A stretch of DNA of 64,000 nt from an uncultured virus (IMG/VR IMGVR_UViG_3300006620_000021) (lineage: Duplodnaviria > Heunggongvirae > Uroviricota > Caudoviricetes). Under the pieces are notes generated by a model. It did not search any database. It had not been told where the DNA came from and saw only the letters and a list, made by a program, of their open reading frames with translations. Shown in pieces: positions 1-9,390 of this stretch (the first letter of the stretch is position 1; the number at the start of each line of letters is the position of its first letter). A program made the position numbers and the translations under genes. The stretch lies in the IMG/VR virus record IMGVR_UViG_3300006620_000021; one strand, written 5' to 3'.

Positions 1-122
1 GAACAAAGCCCGTTAAAGATGTAAGAACCCGTGTCCACATAGTTTTCAGAGTCGTCAATATCTGAGGCGAGTTGTGTGTAGTCATCGCCAATCTCTTTTA
101 CAATATCCTTTAAAAAGTCCAT
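1..122 (-). CDS. uvsX: UvsX RecA-like recombinase, N-terminal part (runs off the window)
   Basis: Hand translation from ATG at 122 gives MDFLKDIVKEIGDDYTQLASDIDDSENYVDTGSYIFNGLC. The DTGSY-FN motif and position after gp43 fit T4-like UvsX. Confidence 0.85.
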   Translation of the reverse strand, partial: MDFLKDIVKEIGDDYTQLASDIDDSENYVDTGSYIFNGLC

Positions 123-292
123 TAAATTACAAATCCAAATTTTTCACGAGCAATCTTCTTGTAGGCACCGCCAGGATTCTCCTCCCGAATTTCCATGATG
201 ATCTTCAGTTTTTGATAAAGAGACGTATCGCCACCCAGTCGTAGTGCGCCTACAATAGTAGCAAGTTCTTTATCGTTGATAGGCAGTTCCAT
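122..292 (-). CDS. Small hypothetical protein, 56 aa (not in ORF track)
   Basis: MELPINDKELATIVGALRLGGDTSLYQKLKIIMEIREENPGGAYKKIAREKFGFVI; TAATG stop/start overlaps with both gp43 and uvsX. Confidence 0.75.
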   Translation of the reverse strand: MELPINDKELATIVGALRLGGDTSLYQKLKIIMEIREENPGGAYKKIAREKFGFVI

Positions 293-2787
293 TAGGAAAA
301 AAATAGTTCAAGGTTTACAGTCTTCTCAACACTCCATCCAATGGCATTGAGAATAGTTTTTAACGGTTCAACAAAACTCTTTTCAAATTGTAAGTTGTAG
401 TCAATGTACTTGTCAAGTTCAAGTTCTTTAGGGAATTCCTGGATGAATGAAATTACATTTTCATGAAGTGGGTTTGGTTCCTTCAAATAAAAGAACTTAA
501 TCTTCTCACCGTTTTGAATGAGTGAATATTTATTAGTCAGATTCTTCTCTTTAAGATAATGATTATAGAGAAGAGCACCCCGACAATGAATAGGCGTTCC
601 CTTTGAGTAAATCATTGCTCTGTCATGATATTTCTTGACATTGGACACAGACCTAGGGAACGCAATTTGCTCTGGTGGAAGTTTACTAAACTCTGAGCGA
701 CACTTATCAATGAACTCAATTACATCTTCTTCCGTACCATTCATCATCAGTTTGAGACCATCCTTGATCATCTTACGGCAAGGTGCAGGTGTAGAAGATT
801 TAACTGCTTCAATACCCATCATCTTCAGTTTGGGTTCATCATAACGAACACCCTCACTGTCCCATACGTTGAGAATGTATCTCTTCTTTGCAGTCCAGAT
901 ACCACGTTCAGCGATGTTCTCGCGTTTCATGACCATCTTCTGCTGGTAAGCATTTACATACTCCGCCAGTTCTTGGTAAGAACCTTCAATATACTTTTCA
1001 AGTTCCAGTTCACAGACCTTATTAAGGAACGTGACAATGCCTTCAGTAGTTTTCTCTCTTCCCTTGTATACACAGTCAACAAAAGGACCCATATTGAGAT
1101 AGATAGAATCGGTATCAGAAGCAATAACATAATCCTGTCCTTCCGTTTTCAATACTTTGTTTAAGTAAATATTCATTTTATTCTCAATCCAACGAATTGA
1201 GACTTGTCCAGATAGCGTAATTGCTTCTGCATTAGCGAGTTTGTAATACCTAAAGTATTGATTACCAATGGCACCATAAGCAGAGTTCAGTTGAATCTTC
1301 CGCGCCATTTGAATGTTGTTGCACCTCGCGATCTCCTTCTCCAACTCTTTAGTAGGTGTCTTTTCCCACGCTTTCTTCGCCGTGAGCATCTTCCCCTTAA
1401 AAATCTTACGCTCATTGTAAATCTTCTCCATTAATTCAGGTAAGAATCCACGAACATCTTTTCGATACATGGATCCATTAGGACATACAGCAAAGTCCTT
1501 ATAATCATCAAAATTTATTTCTTGATTAAGTATTCTATCAACTGTAGATGATGGGTGCCTGGTGTCTTGTAACGTCTCTGGTGAGATATTGTATTGCATA
1601 ATAAGGTGAGGATAGAGACTGTTAAGGTCAAAACTAACAACCCAATCATACTTTCCTGGAATCGGTTCTTTGACATAAGCACCTGCGTACTTTTCGTTTT
1701 TGTCAGATTTTTCCTTAGGAGGAATAACAATTCCCCTTCCCTTCAAATAGTTATAAATGATAGTATCCCACATCCTCACTTGATAGAACACATCGTCATA
1801 ATTAACTTTGGCGTCATATGCCAGAGTCAAAGCAAGTTCGATGAGTTTCATCTTGTCTTCCAAACGGTCAACAAGTTCCACGTCAATTATATTATACTCT
1901 ACGAATTTTTGCCACCCTTTAGTATAGAAATCTTTAAAGGTATCAAACTCAGAGTGATCTAACTTTTTCTGCCCCAGTTCTACACTGGCAATATAATCTA
2001 GTCGGTAAGATTCCTGTGCTTTATAAGTAAACTTTTTATAAAGATCAAGATAATCTAATTGAGAAATACCTCCAATGTCATAAGAGATATGCTTTCTACC
2101 TTGAATATAAGTTTCATCTTCAGTAACCAATCCCCAAGGAGAAAGTCTCTTCATCAACTTCTCACCCAGGATTCTATCAATACGACGAACTAGATATGGA
2201 ATATCATAAAGTTTACTATTCCATCCAGTAATAACTTCTGGTGTATTATCAATCCACCAAGCAATGAAATCATTCAACAAATCATATTCATTGTTGAACT
2301 GCTTATAGTAATGATTACCTTGCTTCAGTTTGAATGGTCCTTGTCCCCAAGTAACAATCTCTTTTGTCGTGTAGTCTTGAAGAGTAATCAACAAAACTTC
2401 TTCAGCAGCAGACTCCACATCAGGGAATCCATTTTCTGATGCAACCTCAATATCAATGGTTGTCAGTTTAATCTTACTGATATCAAATTTAATTTCATCT
2501 TCACGGTAGTTGTCAGAAATGTATTGGTAAATGAATCTCTCATTTCCATACACATTAAAGTTCTGTACCCCGTCATATTTTTTTATGAACTCCCTGCAGT
2601 CACGAACTCCTCCAGGTTTAATAGGTTCAACATAATCACCAGTCAACGTCCTATAAAATGTCTTCTTATTAGAAGTCACAAAAAGAGTCGGAGAATATTT
2701 CTCTCGGATCATGAAGTTCTTACCGTCTTCATATCCTCGAACGAGAAATTGATCTCCGACCATCTGGACGTTGGTGTAAAATCTCAC
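292..2787 (-). CDS. gp43: Family B DNA polymerase (T4 gp43)
   Basis: Exonuclease DIE motif; polymerase motifs DLNSLYP, KIQLNSAYG and SDTDS. Confidence 0.98.
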   Translation of the reverse strand: MRFYTNVQMVGDQFLVRGYEDGKNFMIREKYSPTLFVTSNKKTFYRTLTGDYVEPIKPGGVRDCREFIKKYDGVQNFNVYGNERFIYQYISDNYREDEIKFDISKIKLTTIDIEVASENGFPDVESAAEEVLLITLQDYTTKEIVTWGQGPFKLKQGNHYYKQFNNEYDLLNDFIAWWIDNTPEVITGWNSKLYDIPYLVRRIDRILGEKLMKRLSPWGLVTEDETYIQGRKHISYDIGGISQLDYLDLYKKFTYKAQESYRLDYIASVELGQKKLDHSEFDTFKDFYTKGWQKFVEYNIIDVELVDRLEDKMKLIELALTLAYDAKVNYDDVFYQVRMWDTIIYNYLKGRGIVIPPKEKSDKNEKYAGAYVKEPIPGKYDWVVSFDLNSLYPHLIMQYNISPETLQDTRHPSSTVDRILNQEINFDDYKDFAVCPNGSMYRKDVRGFLPELMEKIYNERKIFKGKMLTAKKAWEKTPTKELEKEIARCNNIQMARKIQLNSAYGAIGNQYFRYYKLANAEAITLSGQVSIRWIENKMNIYLNKVLKTEGQDYVIASDTDSIYLNMGPFVDCVYKGREKTTEGIVTFLNKVCELELEKYIEGSYQELAEYVNAYQQKMVMKRENIAERGIWTAKKRYILNVWDSEGVRYDEPKLKMMGIEAVKSSTPAPCRKMIKDGLKLMMNGTEEDVIEFIDKCRSEFSKLPPEQIAFPRSVSNVKKYHDRAMIYSKGTPIHCRGALLYNHYLKEKNLTNKYSLIQNGEKIKFFYLKEPNPLHENVISFIQEFPKELELDKYIDYNLQFEKSFVEPLKTILNAIGWSVEKTVNLELFFS

Positions 2788-3059
2788 TTAGTCAGACTGC
2801 TGTAGAGTTCTTTTATTCTATCAGTTGGTTCGGCAATGGTCAAGATTTTATCGGAATGAATCTTGAATTTCTTTTCTGATGTGATCTCTCCCAACCAAGG
2901 TTGAAGAGTCCCATCTGGAACAATATTGAATGGATCAACAAGAATGCAATCTGGTTCACCCAGATCAGCAGAAGGTGCTTCTTCTAGTTGGGCAATCAAT
3001 GTCCCACCAGTTTGAAAAATAATTACTTTTGGGTCCATATCAGCAATCCTCACATCCAT
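2784..3059 (-). CDS. Hypothetical protein, possible Sm-like fold
   Basis: 91-aa ORF coupled to gp43; shares the (T/S)G..I and L.PW pattern with neighbouring small proteins. Confidence 0.7.
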   Translation of the reverse strand: MDVRIADMDPKVIIFQTGGTLIAQLEEAPSADLGEPDCILVDPFNIVPDGTLQPWLGEITSEKKFKIHSDKILTIAEPTDRIKELYSSLTK

Positions 3060-3390
3060 CAGTTACAATCATCGATTGTGTCTGAGAGTCTTCTTCTTCT
3101 TTAAGAATATCTCTCAAATACATTGTGTTCAGTTCATCTACTGGATCTACAAAAGTGACAATCCAATCAAGAGGAACTGGAAATTTGTATCCCTTACCAA
3201 GAGCAATCCAAGGACTCAGATTAATATCAAAAGATGTCCTTCCAGTTTCTTTATTCAGTTCTGGAGTTCCTGTGGTAACGATACAGGGTTTATTAAAAAA
3301 GTAACCAACAACCTTGTCTTCCAAGGTCATCTCTTCTACGTCAGTAATAATTTGTTCGCCCGTTTTAATAACGGATAGTTTAACAGTCAT
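3040..3390 (-). CDS. Hypothetical protein, possible Sm-like fold
   Basis: 116 aa, VKLSVIKTGEQII...LSPW; lies downstream of a sigma70-type promoter. Confidence 0.75.
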   Translation of the reverse strand: MTVKLSVIKTGEQIITDVEEMTLEDKVVGYFFNKPCIVTTGTPELNKETGRTSFDINLSPWIALGKGYKFPVPLDWIVTFVDPVDELNTMYLRDILKEEEDSQTQSMIVTDGCEDC

Positions 3391-3409
3391 AGGTCTAATC
3401 TTTACTTAC

Positions 3410-3438
3410 ATTATAGTATCAAAAATAAAAGAGGGCAA
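3410..3438 (-). promoter_or_regulatory. Sigma70-type promoter overlapping the hsp20 terminator
   Basis: TTGCCC-17 nt-TATAAT on the minus strand. Confidence 0.65.
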
Positions 3439-3463
3439 GGGTTGATTCTGACCAACCCCGCCC
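3421..3463 (-). terminator. Rho-independent terminator after hsp20
   Basis: GGGCGGGGTTGGT-CAGA-ATCAACCCTTGCCC hairpin followed by TCTTTTATTTTT. Confidence 0.75.
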
Positions 3464-3498
3464 ATGCAGCGACGATATTTGGGTGTCCCCGAGATTAT

Positions 3499-3930
3499 TT
3501 ATAGATAATCTTTACGAGCATGATGCTCAGGAACAACCTTGCCCAGGTCAACAGTCAATAACCCATTCTCAAAAGCAACTGATCTAACTTCCGTGTCATC
3601 ACTGAGGGTCCAAGCTCTGGTGAAAGATCTTTGAGCCAATCCTCTGTGGGCGTACTTGGCATCGTCTTTGACTTCTTTTTGTCCTTCAACAAAAAGTTTT
3701 CCATATTCTGTGTAGACATTTACCTCTTCCTTTTTAAATCCTGCAAGTGCAATTTCTAAACGAGATTCTACATTGCTAACTTGGATCAAATTATAAGGAG
3801 GATAACTAGTAGATGTTTCATGTACATTGAATAGACGATCTAAGTACTCGTCCATTCCAATACTATTACGATTAATTCTATCGATAAGTTGCGGCAAATC
3901 TGCAGCACTGTATCTCATGAGGTCACCCAT
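3499..3930 (-). CDS. hsp20: Small heat shock protein (Hsp20/IbpA-like)
   Basis: YPPYN, LEIALAGF, HRGLAQRSF and FENGLLTV alpha-crystallin motifs. Confidence 0.95.
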   Translation of the reverse strand: MGDLMRYSAADLPQLIDRINRNSIGMDEYLDRLFNVHETSTSYPPYNLIQVSNVESRLEIALAGFKKEEVNVYTEYGKLFVEGQKEVKDDAKYAHRGLAQRSFTRAWTLSDDTEVRSVAFENGLLTVDLGKVVPEHHARKDYL

Positions 3931-3938
3931 GATTTTAG

Positions 3939-3997
3939 CTCCTTTACTAAGCGAGTTTGTGTTTAGTGGACCCTTACGGCATCCACTACTATTTAAT
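3939..3997 (-). promoter_or_regulatory. hsp20 leader: late-type promoter, GNRA hairpin and SD-sequestering ROSE-like hairpin
   Basis: Minus strand reads TAAATA, then TAGTGGATGCC-GTAA-GGGTCCACTA, then CTCGCTT-AGTA-AAGGAG, 8 nt before the ATG. Confidence 0.6.
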
Positions 3998-4046
3998 CAC
4001 AAACTACAAAAAGTAGAAATCGCATTTACCGAATATATTTGTAGTA

Positions 4047-4253
4047 TTAACCGTTATCGTACTGATACTCAAACATCATTTTAGCCAATTGTACCTTCAT
4101 ATGAAGTAGATACTCTTGCTCCTCAACAGGTCTTCTAGGAGAACCTGGCCAAACTTCAATTGAATAACATATATGGTTATACAGAAGTTTCAGACCAACA
4201 TAATCCATCGTCAATTCGCAGGTCCATTCTGGATATTCGATATCTTCTTCCAT
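4047..4253 (-). CDS. Hypothetical protein, 68 aa
   Basis: ORF fills the gap between regA and hsp20 in the same orientation. Confidence 0.7.
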   Translation of the reverse strand: MEEDIEYPEWTCELTMDYVGLKLLYNHICYSIEVWPGSPRRPVEEQEYLLHMKVQLAKMMFEYQYDNG

Positions 4254-4263
4254 AAAATACGGA

Positions 4264-4701
4264 TTATTCCGTAGTCTCTATTTTTTTCTTAGATCCAATA
4301 TTATACTTTTGTTCCAATAACCAATCAGTCTTATCTCTATAAGAAAGAACTTTAATTTGGTTTAAAGGTGCGATGTCCAAAATACTTTCATCATTAACTA
4401 CACTAATTAAACCCCAGTCAGACAAAAGTCTTGCAATTCTGTTTCTTCTCTGAATATCATTAACTGTAAGGTTAGCATGCTTGCCATCCAAAGCAAACAG
4501 TTCCTTAAAGTGTGTGATGTAGTATCTACCTTGCTTATGCAGGATGTGGCAAGATTGATACAATTTCTTTTCCTTGCGCGAAGCTACTCCGATGCGTGTG
4601 AGAGTTTCACGAACCTTCAAAAAATCATCAGGTTCATTCAACATGACCTCAATCATCATATCGGGATTCCAGTTTACCTGAGGTTCAACAGTATTTGTCA
4701 T
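4264..4701 (-). CDS. regA: RegA translational repressor
   Basis: DFLKVRETLTRIG and LYQSCHILHKQGRYYITHFKELF signature. Confidence 0.97.
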   Translation of the reverse strand: MTNTVEPQVNWNPDMMIEVMLNEPDDFLKVRETLTRIGVASRKEKKLYQSCHILHKQGRYYITHFKELFALDGKHANLTVNDIQRRNRIARLLSDWGLISVVNDESILDIAPLNQIKVLSYRDKTDWLLEQKYNIGSKKKIETTE

Positions 4702-5075
4702 GTTCCACCAATTTCAAGTCTTTGTTTAATGTAGTCGAGTTGTTCTCGTGACAAAATCTTTAGTGCCTGCTGCGCCTTTTCATTACTATAACCATAGTAG
4801 TTCTTGACAACATCAAGATCTTCAATTTTATCCTTTCGGAGCCAAGGAGAGAATCTCTTACGCTTCCTCAGAGTATTTATATAAAAAGAATATTGCATGT
4901 CTTTGTCTAGATGAGAATTCATGTTCATCTCATTAGCAAAAAGCACACAATCTAGATGTCCAGACAGGCACTTGTTGACGATAAAAGCTGGATACTGTTT
5001 AAGGCAATCAGGGTCTTCTTTAATAAGGTCTTCCTTATTAAAGTTTATGGAGTTCATCCAATCTTTGAGTTCCAT
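4698..5075 (-). CDS. gp62: Clamp loader small subunit (gp62)
   Basis: YPAFIVNKCLS...ANEMN...YYGYSNEKA; lies immediately before regA. Confidence 0.93.
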   Translation of the reverse strand: MELKDWMNSINFNKEDLIKEDPDCLKQYPAFIVNKCLSGHLDCVLFANEMNMNSHLDKDMQYSFYINTLRKRKRFSPWLRKDKIEDLDVVKNYYGYSNEKAQQALKILSREQLDYIKQRLEIGGT

Positions 5076-5248
5076 TATTTTGAAAAGTAATCAGGTAATT
5101 GATCTTTGGTAACAGAAGCAGTGCATCCAACAATAGTTACACCAGGGTTTCTTGCCTTAGCAATCTCTCTAGCATCCTGGAAGTCGGTTGCCTGATAATC
5201 CTCTTTCCAAAGTTTGCCCGCTTTGTACAGTGATACTTCTACTAACAT
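5075..5248 (-). CDS. Small hypothetical protein, 57 aa (not in ORF track)
   Basis: MLVEVSLYKAGKLWKEDYQATDFQDAREIAKARNPGVTIVGCTASVTKDQLPDYFSK; TAATG overlap with gp62; overlaps the 3' tail of Dam. Confidence 0.7.
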   Translation of the reverse strand: MLVEVSLYKAGKLWKEDYQATDFQDAREIAKARNPGVTIVGCTASVTKDQLPDYFSK

Positions 5249-6083
5249 AATTCATTAAGAGTAATTCTTTTCTTTGTTTCTGATCATTCATATAATCACC
5301 AACTGATCTCATAGTATATGTGAGATCAAACTCTGCTGCTCTCCACTTAGAATCAGTAAATCGATTGGTGACAAGTTGATCCGAGTTATAACTAATCATC
5401 ATATCTGTAGAAGAGTTGTTACAATCTTCCGCAAACTTATCGTGATCAAACCCCTTATGCATTGATCCACTCTTACCATAAAGGTTATCTTTAATATCGT
5501 ATGGTGGATCTAGGTAGACAAATACATCGGATCTCTCCGAAGAATCATCTAGAACCTGATCATATGAATGATTAGTGATTGACCAACTATGTATAAGTTG
5601 TTGATATCCACTTAACTTATTAATTCCCTTCATTGAGAAGTTACTAATAGACGCCTGACTAGAGAATGAAGACGATTGAGTTAGTCCAGAAAAAGAACAC
5701 TTATTAACAACATAAAAATAAATTGCAACCCACAAAGGATCAGAATTATCTTCTTCCAAATAGTTTTTAGCAGACAAAAACAATGCCCTAGCACTATCTG
5801 GAGTTGAATACTTAGACTTCAATCCTGCAAGAATAGTTTCCATCTGGTATCCATTGGACTGAACTTGTTGCCAGAAGGTTGCCAAGGGGGGATGAAGATC
5901 ATTCACCCAGACCTTTAGGTGTGGATACTTTTTAGTCATGTAAATGGCAACACTGCCACCACCAATGAATGGTTCATGGAACTCTTTATAATCCCTGAGA
6001 TCAGGGAAGTAAGGATCCATCTTTTTACATGCCCTGGACTTGCCGCCAGGATAGCGAAGAGGAGTCTTGTAACTCTTCATCAA
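5169..6083 (-). CDS. dam: Dam-type DNA adenine methyltransferase
   Basis: LRYPGGKS, EPFIGGGSV (motif I) and LDPPY (motif IV). Confidence 0.93.
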   Translation of the reverse strand: MMKSYKTPLRYPGGKSRACKKMDPYFPDLRDYKEFHEPFIGGGSVAIYMTKKYPHLKVWVNDLHPPLATFWQQVQSNGYQMETILAGLKSKYSTPDSARALFLSAKNYLEEDNSDPLWVAIYFYVVNKCSFSGLTQSSSFSSQASISNFSMKGINKLSGYQQLIHSWSITNHSYDQVLDDSSERSDVFVYLDPPYDIKDNLYGKSGSMHKGFDHDKFAEDCNNSSTDMMISYNSDQLVTNRFTDSKWRAAEFDLTYTMRSVGDYMNDQKQRKELLLMNYVSRSITVQSGQTLERGLSGNRLPGC

Positions 6084-6601
6084 AGGATCTCCTGCAGGTT
6101 CTCAAGGATCTCAGCAGAAGTAATGCTCTTATCTGCAGGTTTGATGTCTTTAGCAAGGATAGTGAAGTCGCCAGGAAGGAACTTAACTTTGGCAGTGGGT
6201 GATTTAGGAGTGTAGTAAATACGCTTCTCTACAGTGTCCCAATCAGTAATACCAATTGCCATAGAACCAGTATCAACCAGAAGCATATAATCAAAAGTCT
6301 TCTGAATCACTTTAGTGTCGCCCTGGAAGTTCTTAAGAACGATTGATGTGGTAGACCCATTCTTGTTGAACATCCTGAGTTTACCCTTCATCTCATAGTT
6401 GATGTTGTCATCAGAGACAAAATCAACTCCATCTTTGTAGTCACCCACGTACTCAAGTTGACCATCACTCCACTTAGCAAAAGACTTCTCCTGCAACCAA
6501 GTGCGAATGGTTTTGAATGCATTGGACTTCATCTCTTTGGTGTTAGTAGCATTCACGCAACCAAAGAACTCTTCAAGGTTGATGCGATCAATGTTAATCA
6601 T
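6080..6601 (-). CDS. Hypothetical protein, possible PD-(D/E)xK endonuclease
   Basis: 173 aa with LQEK...GVDF...YEMKG pattern; ATGA overlap with Dam. Confidence 0.55.
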   Translation of the reverse strand: MINIDRINLEEFFGCVNATNTKEMKSNAFKTIRTWLQEKSFAKWSDGQLEYVGDYKDGVDFVSDDNINYEMKGKLRMFNKNGSTTSIVLKNFQGDTKVIQKTFDYMLLVDTGSMAIGITDWDTVEKRIYYTPKSPTAKVKFLPGDFTILAKDIKPADKSITSAEILENLQEIL

Positions 6602-6616
6602 AATAAAATAAAAGAC

Positions 6617-6904
6617 TCAGAGAGCGAGTTTTTTGGTAGGAGCAATGATGGGACTAAAAATAGACTTATATTCGTCTACCATCTGATCTTGAGGTTGTGC
6701 GATATACATCACAAACTTTTTGCTGATAGTCAAAGACTTAACTTCCTTACTCAAAAGAGGAGACCAAGGAGCAAAACTAATCTGACCATTACCAGCAGGA
6801 ATAGCAATGATAGCGTTCTCAAAAGTTACAGAGTCATCAGTCTCTTCAATTAAATCACAGATGATATCTTCACCTGAGGTGACGCGGACAAGTTGTACGT
6901 TCAT
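6617..6904 (-). CDS. Hypothetical protein, possible Sm-like fold
   Basis: MNVQLVRVTSGEDII...FAPW; extended -10 element upstream. Confidence 0.8.
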   Translation of the reverse strand: MNVQLVRVTSGEDIICDLIEETDDSVTFENAIIAIPAGNGQISFAPWSPLLSKEVKSLTISKKFVMYIAQPQDQMVDEYKSIFSPIIAPTKKLAL

Positions 6905-6926
6905 GAGAATAGTTTAAAGCACTCCA

Positions 6927-6935
6927 ATTATAGCA
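6927..6935 (-). promoter_or_regulatory. Extended -10 promoter element
   Basis: TGcTATAAT on the minus strand in the intergenic gap. Confidence 0.55.
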
Positions 6936-6939
6936 CGTT

Positions 6940-7515
6940 TTAGAAGTTAGAGACACTATCAGAATCTCTAGTAAACCAAGACGCTATGGTATACCTATCT
7001 CCACCAGACACTCTAGTCACACCATGAAGATATGTTGATGGGAAGAAAATAACCTTGGCAACCTCTGGAACAATAACTCGATTATGATCTGGAAAGATAG
7101 TATGACCACCATCATAGTCATCATTCAAATAGCAAACTGAAGACCAGTGCCTCTGATTAAGATACTCATCAATATCAGGATCATCTTCATTATCAGTATG
7201 AGGTTCCATGGAATACCTAGGATCATCTTCTTGACAAAGCATCCCACTTGGCCATTTTACAATATTCATATACTCTGTAAATATAAATTCTTCCTCTGGA
7301 TATAATTTAGATATTGTTTGGATCATCATCTGATCAAACGCTCTAAATTTTCTACGAGTTTCTAAAGGATCAACTAGCGATATGTCTAGTGATCTTTTAT
7401 TAAAGAATGGATTAGCAGACTCTTTATCAGGATCCTCAGGATCTATCGATTCAAAATAACCAATGGCAGCTTTACAAGCATCGGGATTTAAAAAATTTGG
7501 AATCTCATGAATCAT
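6940..7515 (-). CDS. 2OG-Fe(II) oxygenase, prolyl-4-hydroxylase-like
   Basis: PHTD...YLNDDYDGG...HGVTRVSGGDRYT (HxD...H...R). Confidence 0.9.
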   Translation of the reverse strand: MIHEIPNFLNPDACKAAIGYFESIDPEDPDKESANPFFNKRSLDISLVDPLETRRKFRAFDQMMIQTISKLYPEEEFIFTEYMNIVKWPSGMLCQEDDPRYSMEPHTDNEDDPDIDEYLNQRHWSSVCYLNDDYDGGHTIFPDHNRVIVPEVAKVIFFPSTYLHGVTRVSGGDRYTIASWFTRDSDSVSNF

Positions 7516-7679
7516 TTATCAATAAGGATAACTTTAACGTCTGGAGAGTCTAATACATTGACAATTCTAACATATGCCCATGCAGTAAACACTTGAGGAA
7601 CAATAAAAGCGATCATCGCTATGACCCAAAACCAATAGTAATAATTCTCTTTAGTTTGAGTTCTATATTTTTTCATCAT
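7512..7679 (-). CDS. Small membrane protein, 55 aa (not in ORF track)
   Basis: MMKKYRTQTKENYYYWFWVIAMIAFIVPQVFTAWAYVRIV...; ATGA overlaps at both ends; one hydrophobic segment. Confidence 0.65.
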   Translation of the reverse strand: MMKKYRTQTKENYYYWFWVIAMIAFIVPQVFTAWAYVRIVNVLDSPDVKVILIDK

Positions 7680-8620
7680 TTGAATTTACACTCCACCATA
7701 AGTTCAGTCAGACAAGCAAGCATATTTATTTCTTGGTCAACCACAAATGCGACCTGATACTGATACTTAGCCAGAATGAGCACAGCAGCAGGAATGGTAC
7801 TAGGTACAAGGGACTCATAACAAGCATCGTAAATGCGCCTAAGAAGTACACTAGTATCGTTGTCCAAATTATTAACGACCCATTTACGTACCTCAGGAAA
7901 GTTTTTCTCCTTAAGTTTCTTGATAAGATCATCAGTCTTAAGATTACTGAATGTAGCAAGGATCGCAGAGTCAATTTTGCCACCTGCAGAATATCTTTGA
8001 CATTCATTTAGTACTCTCCTCCAATCTGGAAAATGCTTATTAATTAACTCTACCAGGACCTTGTTATCAAATTCAACAGCTTCTGCAGCCAAGATTTCTT
8101 GGAGCCTTTTGAAGAAGGCGGCGGCGAGGGCGGGTCGGTCTTTGTTATTGGAGGAAAAATCAATACAGGCGCATCTGGAGTGGAGGGGCTCGATGATTTT
8201 GTTCTTGTAATTACAGGTAAAGATGAATCTGCAGTTGCCACTAAACTCCTCAGTAAACGCCCGTAGGAGGAGCTGTACATCGTGGGTTGTGTTGTCAGCT
8301 TCGTCAATAATGATGACTTTGTGTTTAGCATCTGACGTAAGTGAGACGGTCGAAGCGAAATTTTTCGCATTATTTCTGACCGTATCAAGAAATCGTCCCT
8401 CATCGGATCCGTTGATGACATAATAGTCTACCCCTAATTCGTGGCAAAGTGCTTTAGCAATGGTCGTCTTACCACATCCTGCAGATCCAGCAAGCAAAAG
8501 ATTAGGGACTTCACCCTTCTCTAAAAATTCTTTAAAAGTTTTCTTGATGCCATCGGGGAGAATACAATCCTCAATGGTTTTGGGTCGATACTTCTCTACC
8601 CAAAGAAATTCATCACGCAT
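7676..8620 (-). CDS. gp44: Clamp loader large subunit (gp44)
   Basis: LWVEKYRP, GSAGCGKTT (Walker A), IIIDEAD and SRC; start taken at MRDEF. Confidence 0.97.
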   Translation of the reverse strand: MRDEFLWVEKYRPKTIEDCILPDGIKKTFKEFLEKGEVPNLLLAGSAGCGKTTIAKALCHELGVDYYVINGSDEGRFLDTVRNNAKNFASTVSLTSDAKHKVIIIDEADNTTHDVQLLLRAFTEEFSGNCRFIFTCNYKNKIIEPLHSRCACIDFSSNNKDRPALAAAFFKRLQEILAAEAVEFDNKVLVELINKHFPDWRRVLNECQRYSAGGKIDSAILATFSNLKTDDLIKKLKEKNFPEVRKWVVNNLDNDTSVLLRRIYDACYESLVPSTIPAAVLILAKYQYQVAFVVDQEINMLACLTELMVECKFK

Positions 8621-8622
8621 AA

Positions 8623-9300
8623 TCAATCCTCAAATTCCTCATAATCTGTTGTGTCCTCACCAAGGTCAGGGGGTCCATCAACCACATTAGCATTGAATCG
8701 CCTGAAGTTAGAATTTACAAGAATTCTATTTGCAGTTGTGGTTGGACACATCCCAGTATGAACATAGTTGCCTTTGAACACAACTAGTCTATTGGGTTTT
8801 GGTTGAATTCGTTGCTTCTCAGTCAACACCATATCTGCAGGCACATCACCCTCAGTCAGCATCTCATTGTATATGATTGTGGGGGCATCACTCTCATCAA
8901 CGTAAAAAATTGATGTGTAGTGTTCTCCATCCAAATCAACATGAGGAGCAAACTTAATTGATTCAGGTCCCCTGTATGTCGTCATGTCTAAACGACATCT
9001 ACTCGTACTGTCAAAGTTAAAGGTCTTCATAACCCTTTCATTTAGTCCAGCAATTAATTTATGAAACTTACATTCCATATCATAATTCTTTGGACCATCA
9101 ATCTTATCTATAATACCACAAGAGAATCCATAATAGAGTCGGGGATCACCCTCATCATCGATAGAGATACCAGGACGGAACTCCCAATCAACATCTGCCA
9201 TAGATTTTTGAAGCATCAAAAAGTGATAGTGCTCCAAAAAATTGTCACAGATTAAAAGATCAACATCGACAATTCTTTTTGTGGACTTGTAGTTAAGCAT
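8623..9300 (-). CDS. 2OG-Fe(II) oxygenase-like protein
   Basis: PHVD...IFYV...PKPNRLVVFKGNYVHTG...R pattern. Confidence 0.8.
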   Translation of the reverse strand: MLNYKSTKRIVDVDLLICDNFLEHYHFLMLQKSMADVDWEFRPGISIDDEGDPRLYYGFSCGIIDKIDGPKNYDMECKFHKLIAGLNERVMKTFNFDSTSRCRLDMTTYRGPESIKFAPHVDLDGEHYTSIFYVDESDAPTIIYNEMLTEGDVPADMVLTEKQRIQPKPNRLVVFKGNYVHTGMCPTTTANRILVNSNFRRFNANVVDGPPDLGEDTTDYEEFED

Positions 9301-9390
9301 GACTGAGTAAATGGAGAACCATATGTAACCCTAGATTTGGTGATAGGGAACATTTAGATAGTAGGAGAAGGGTGACTGCTTGATCAATAT

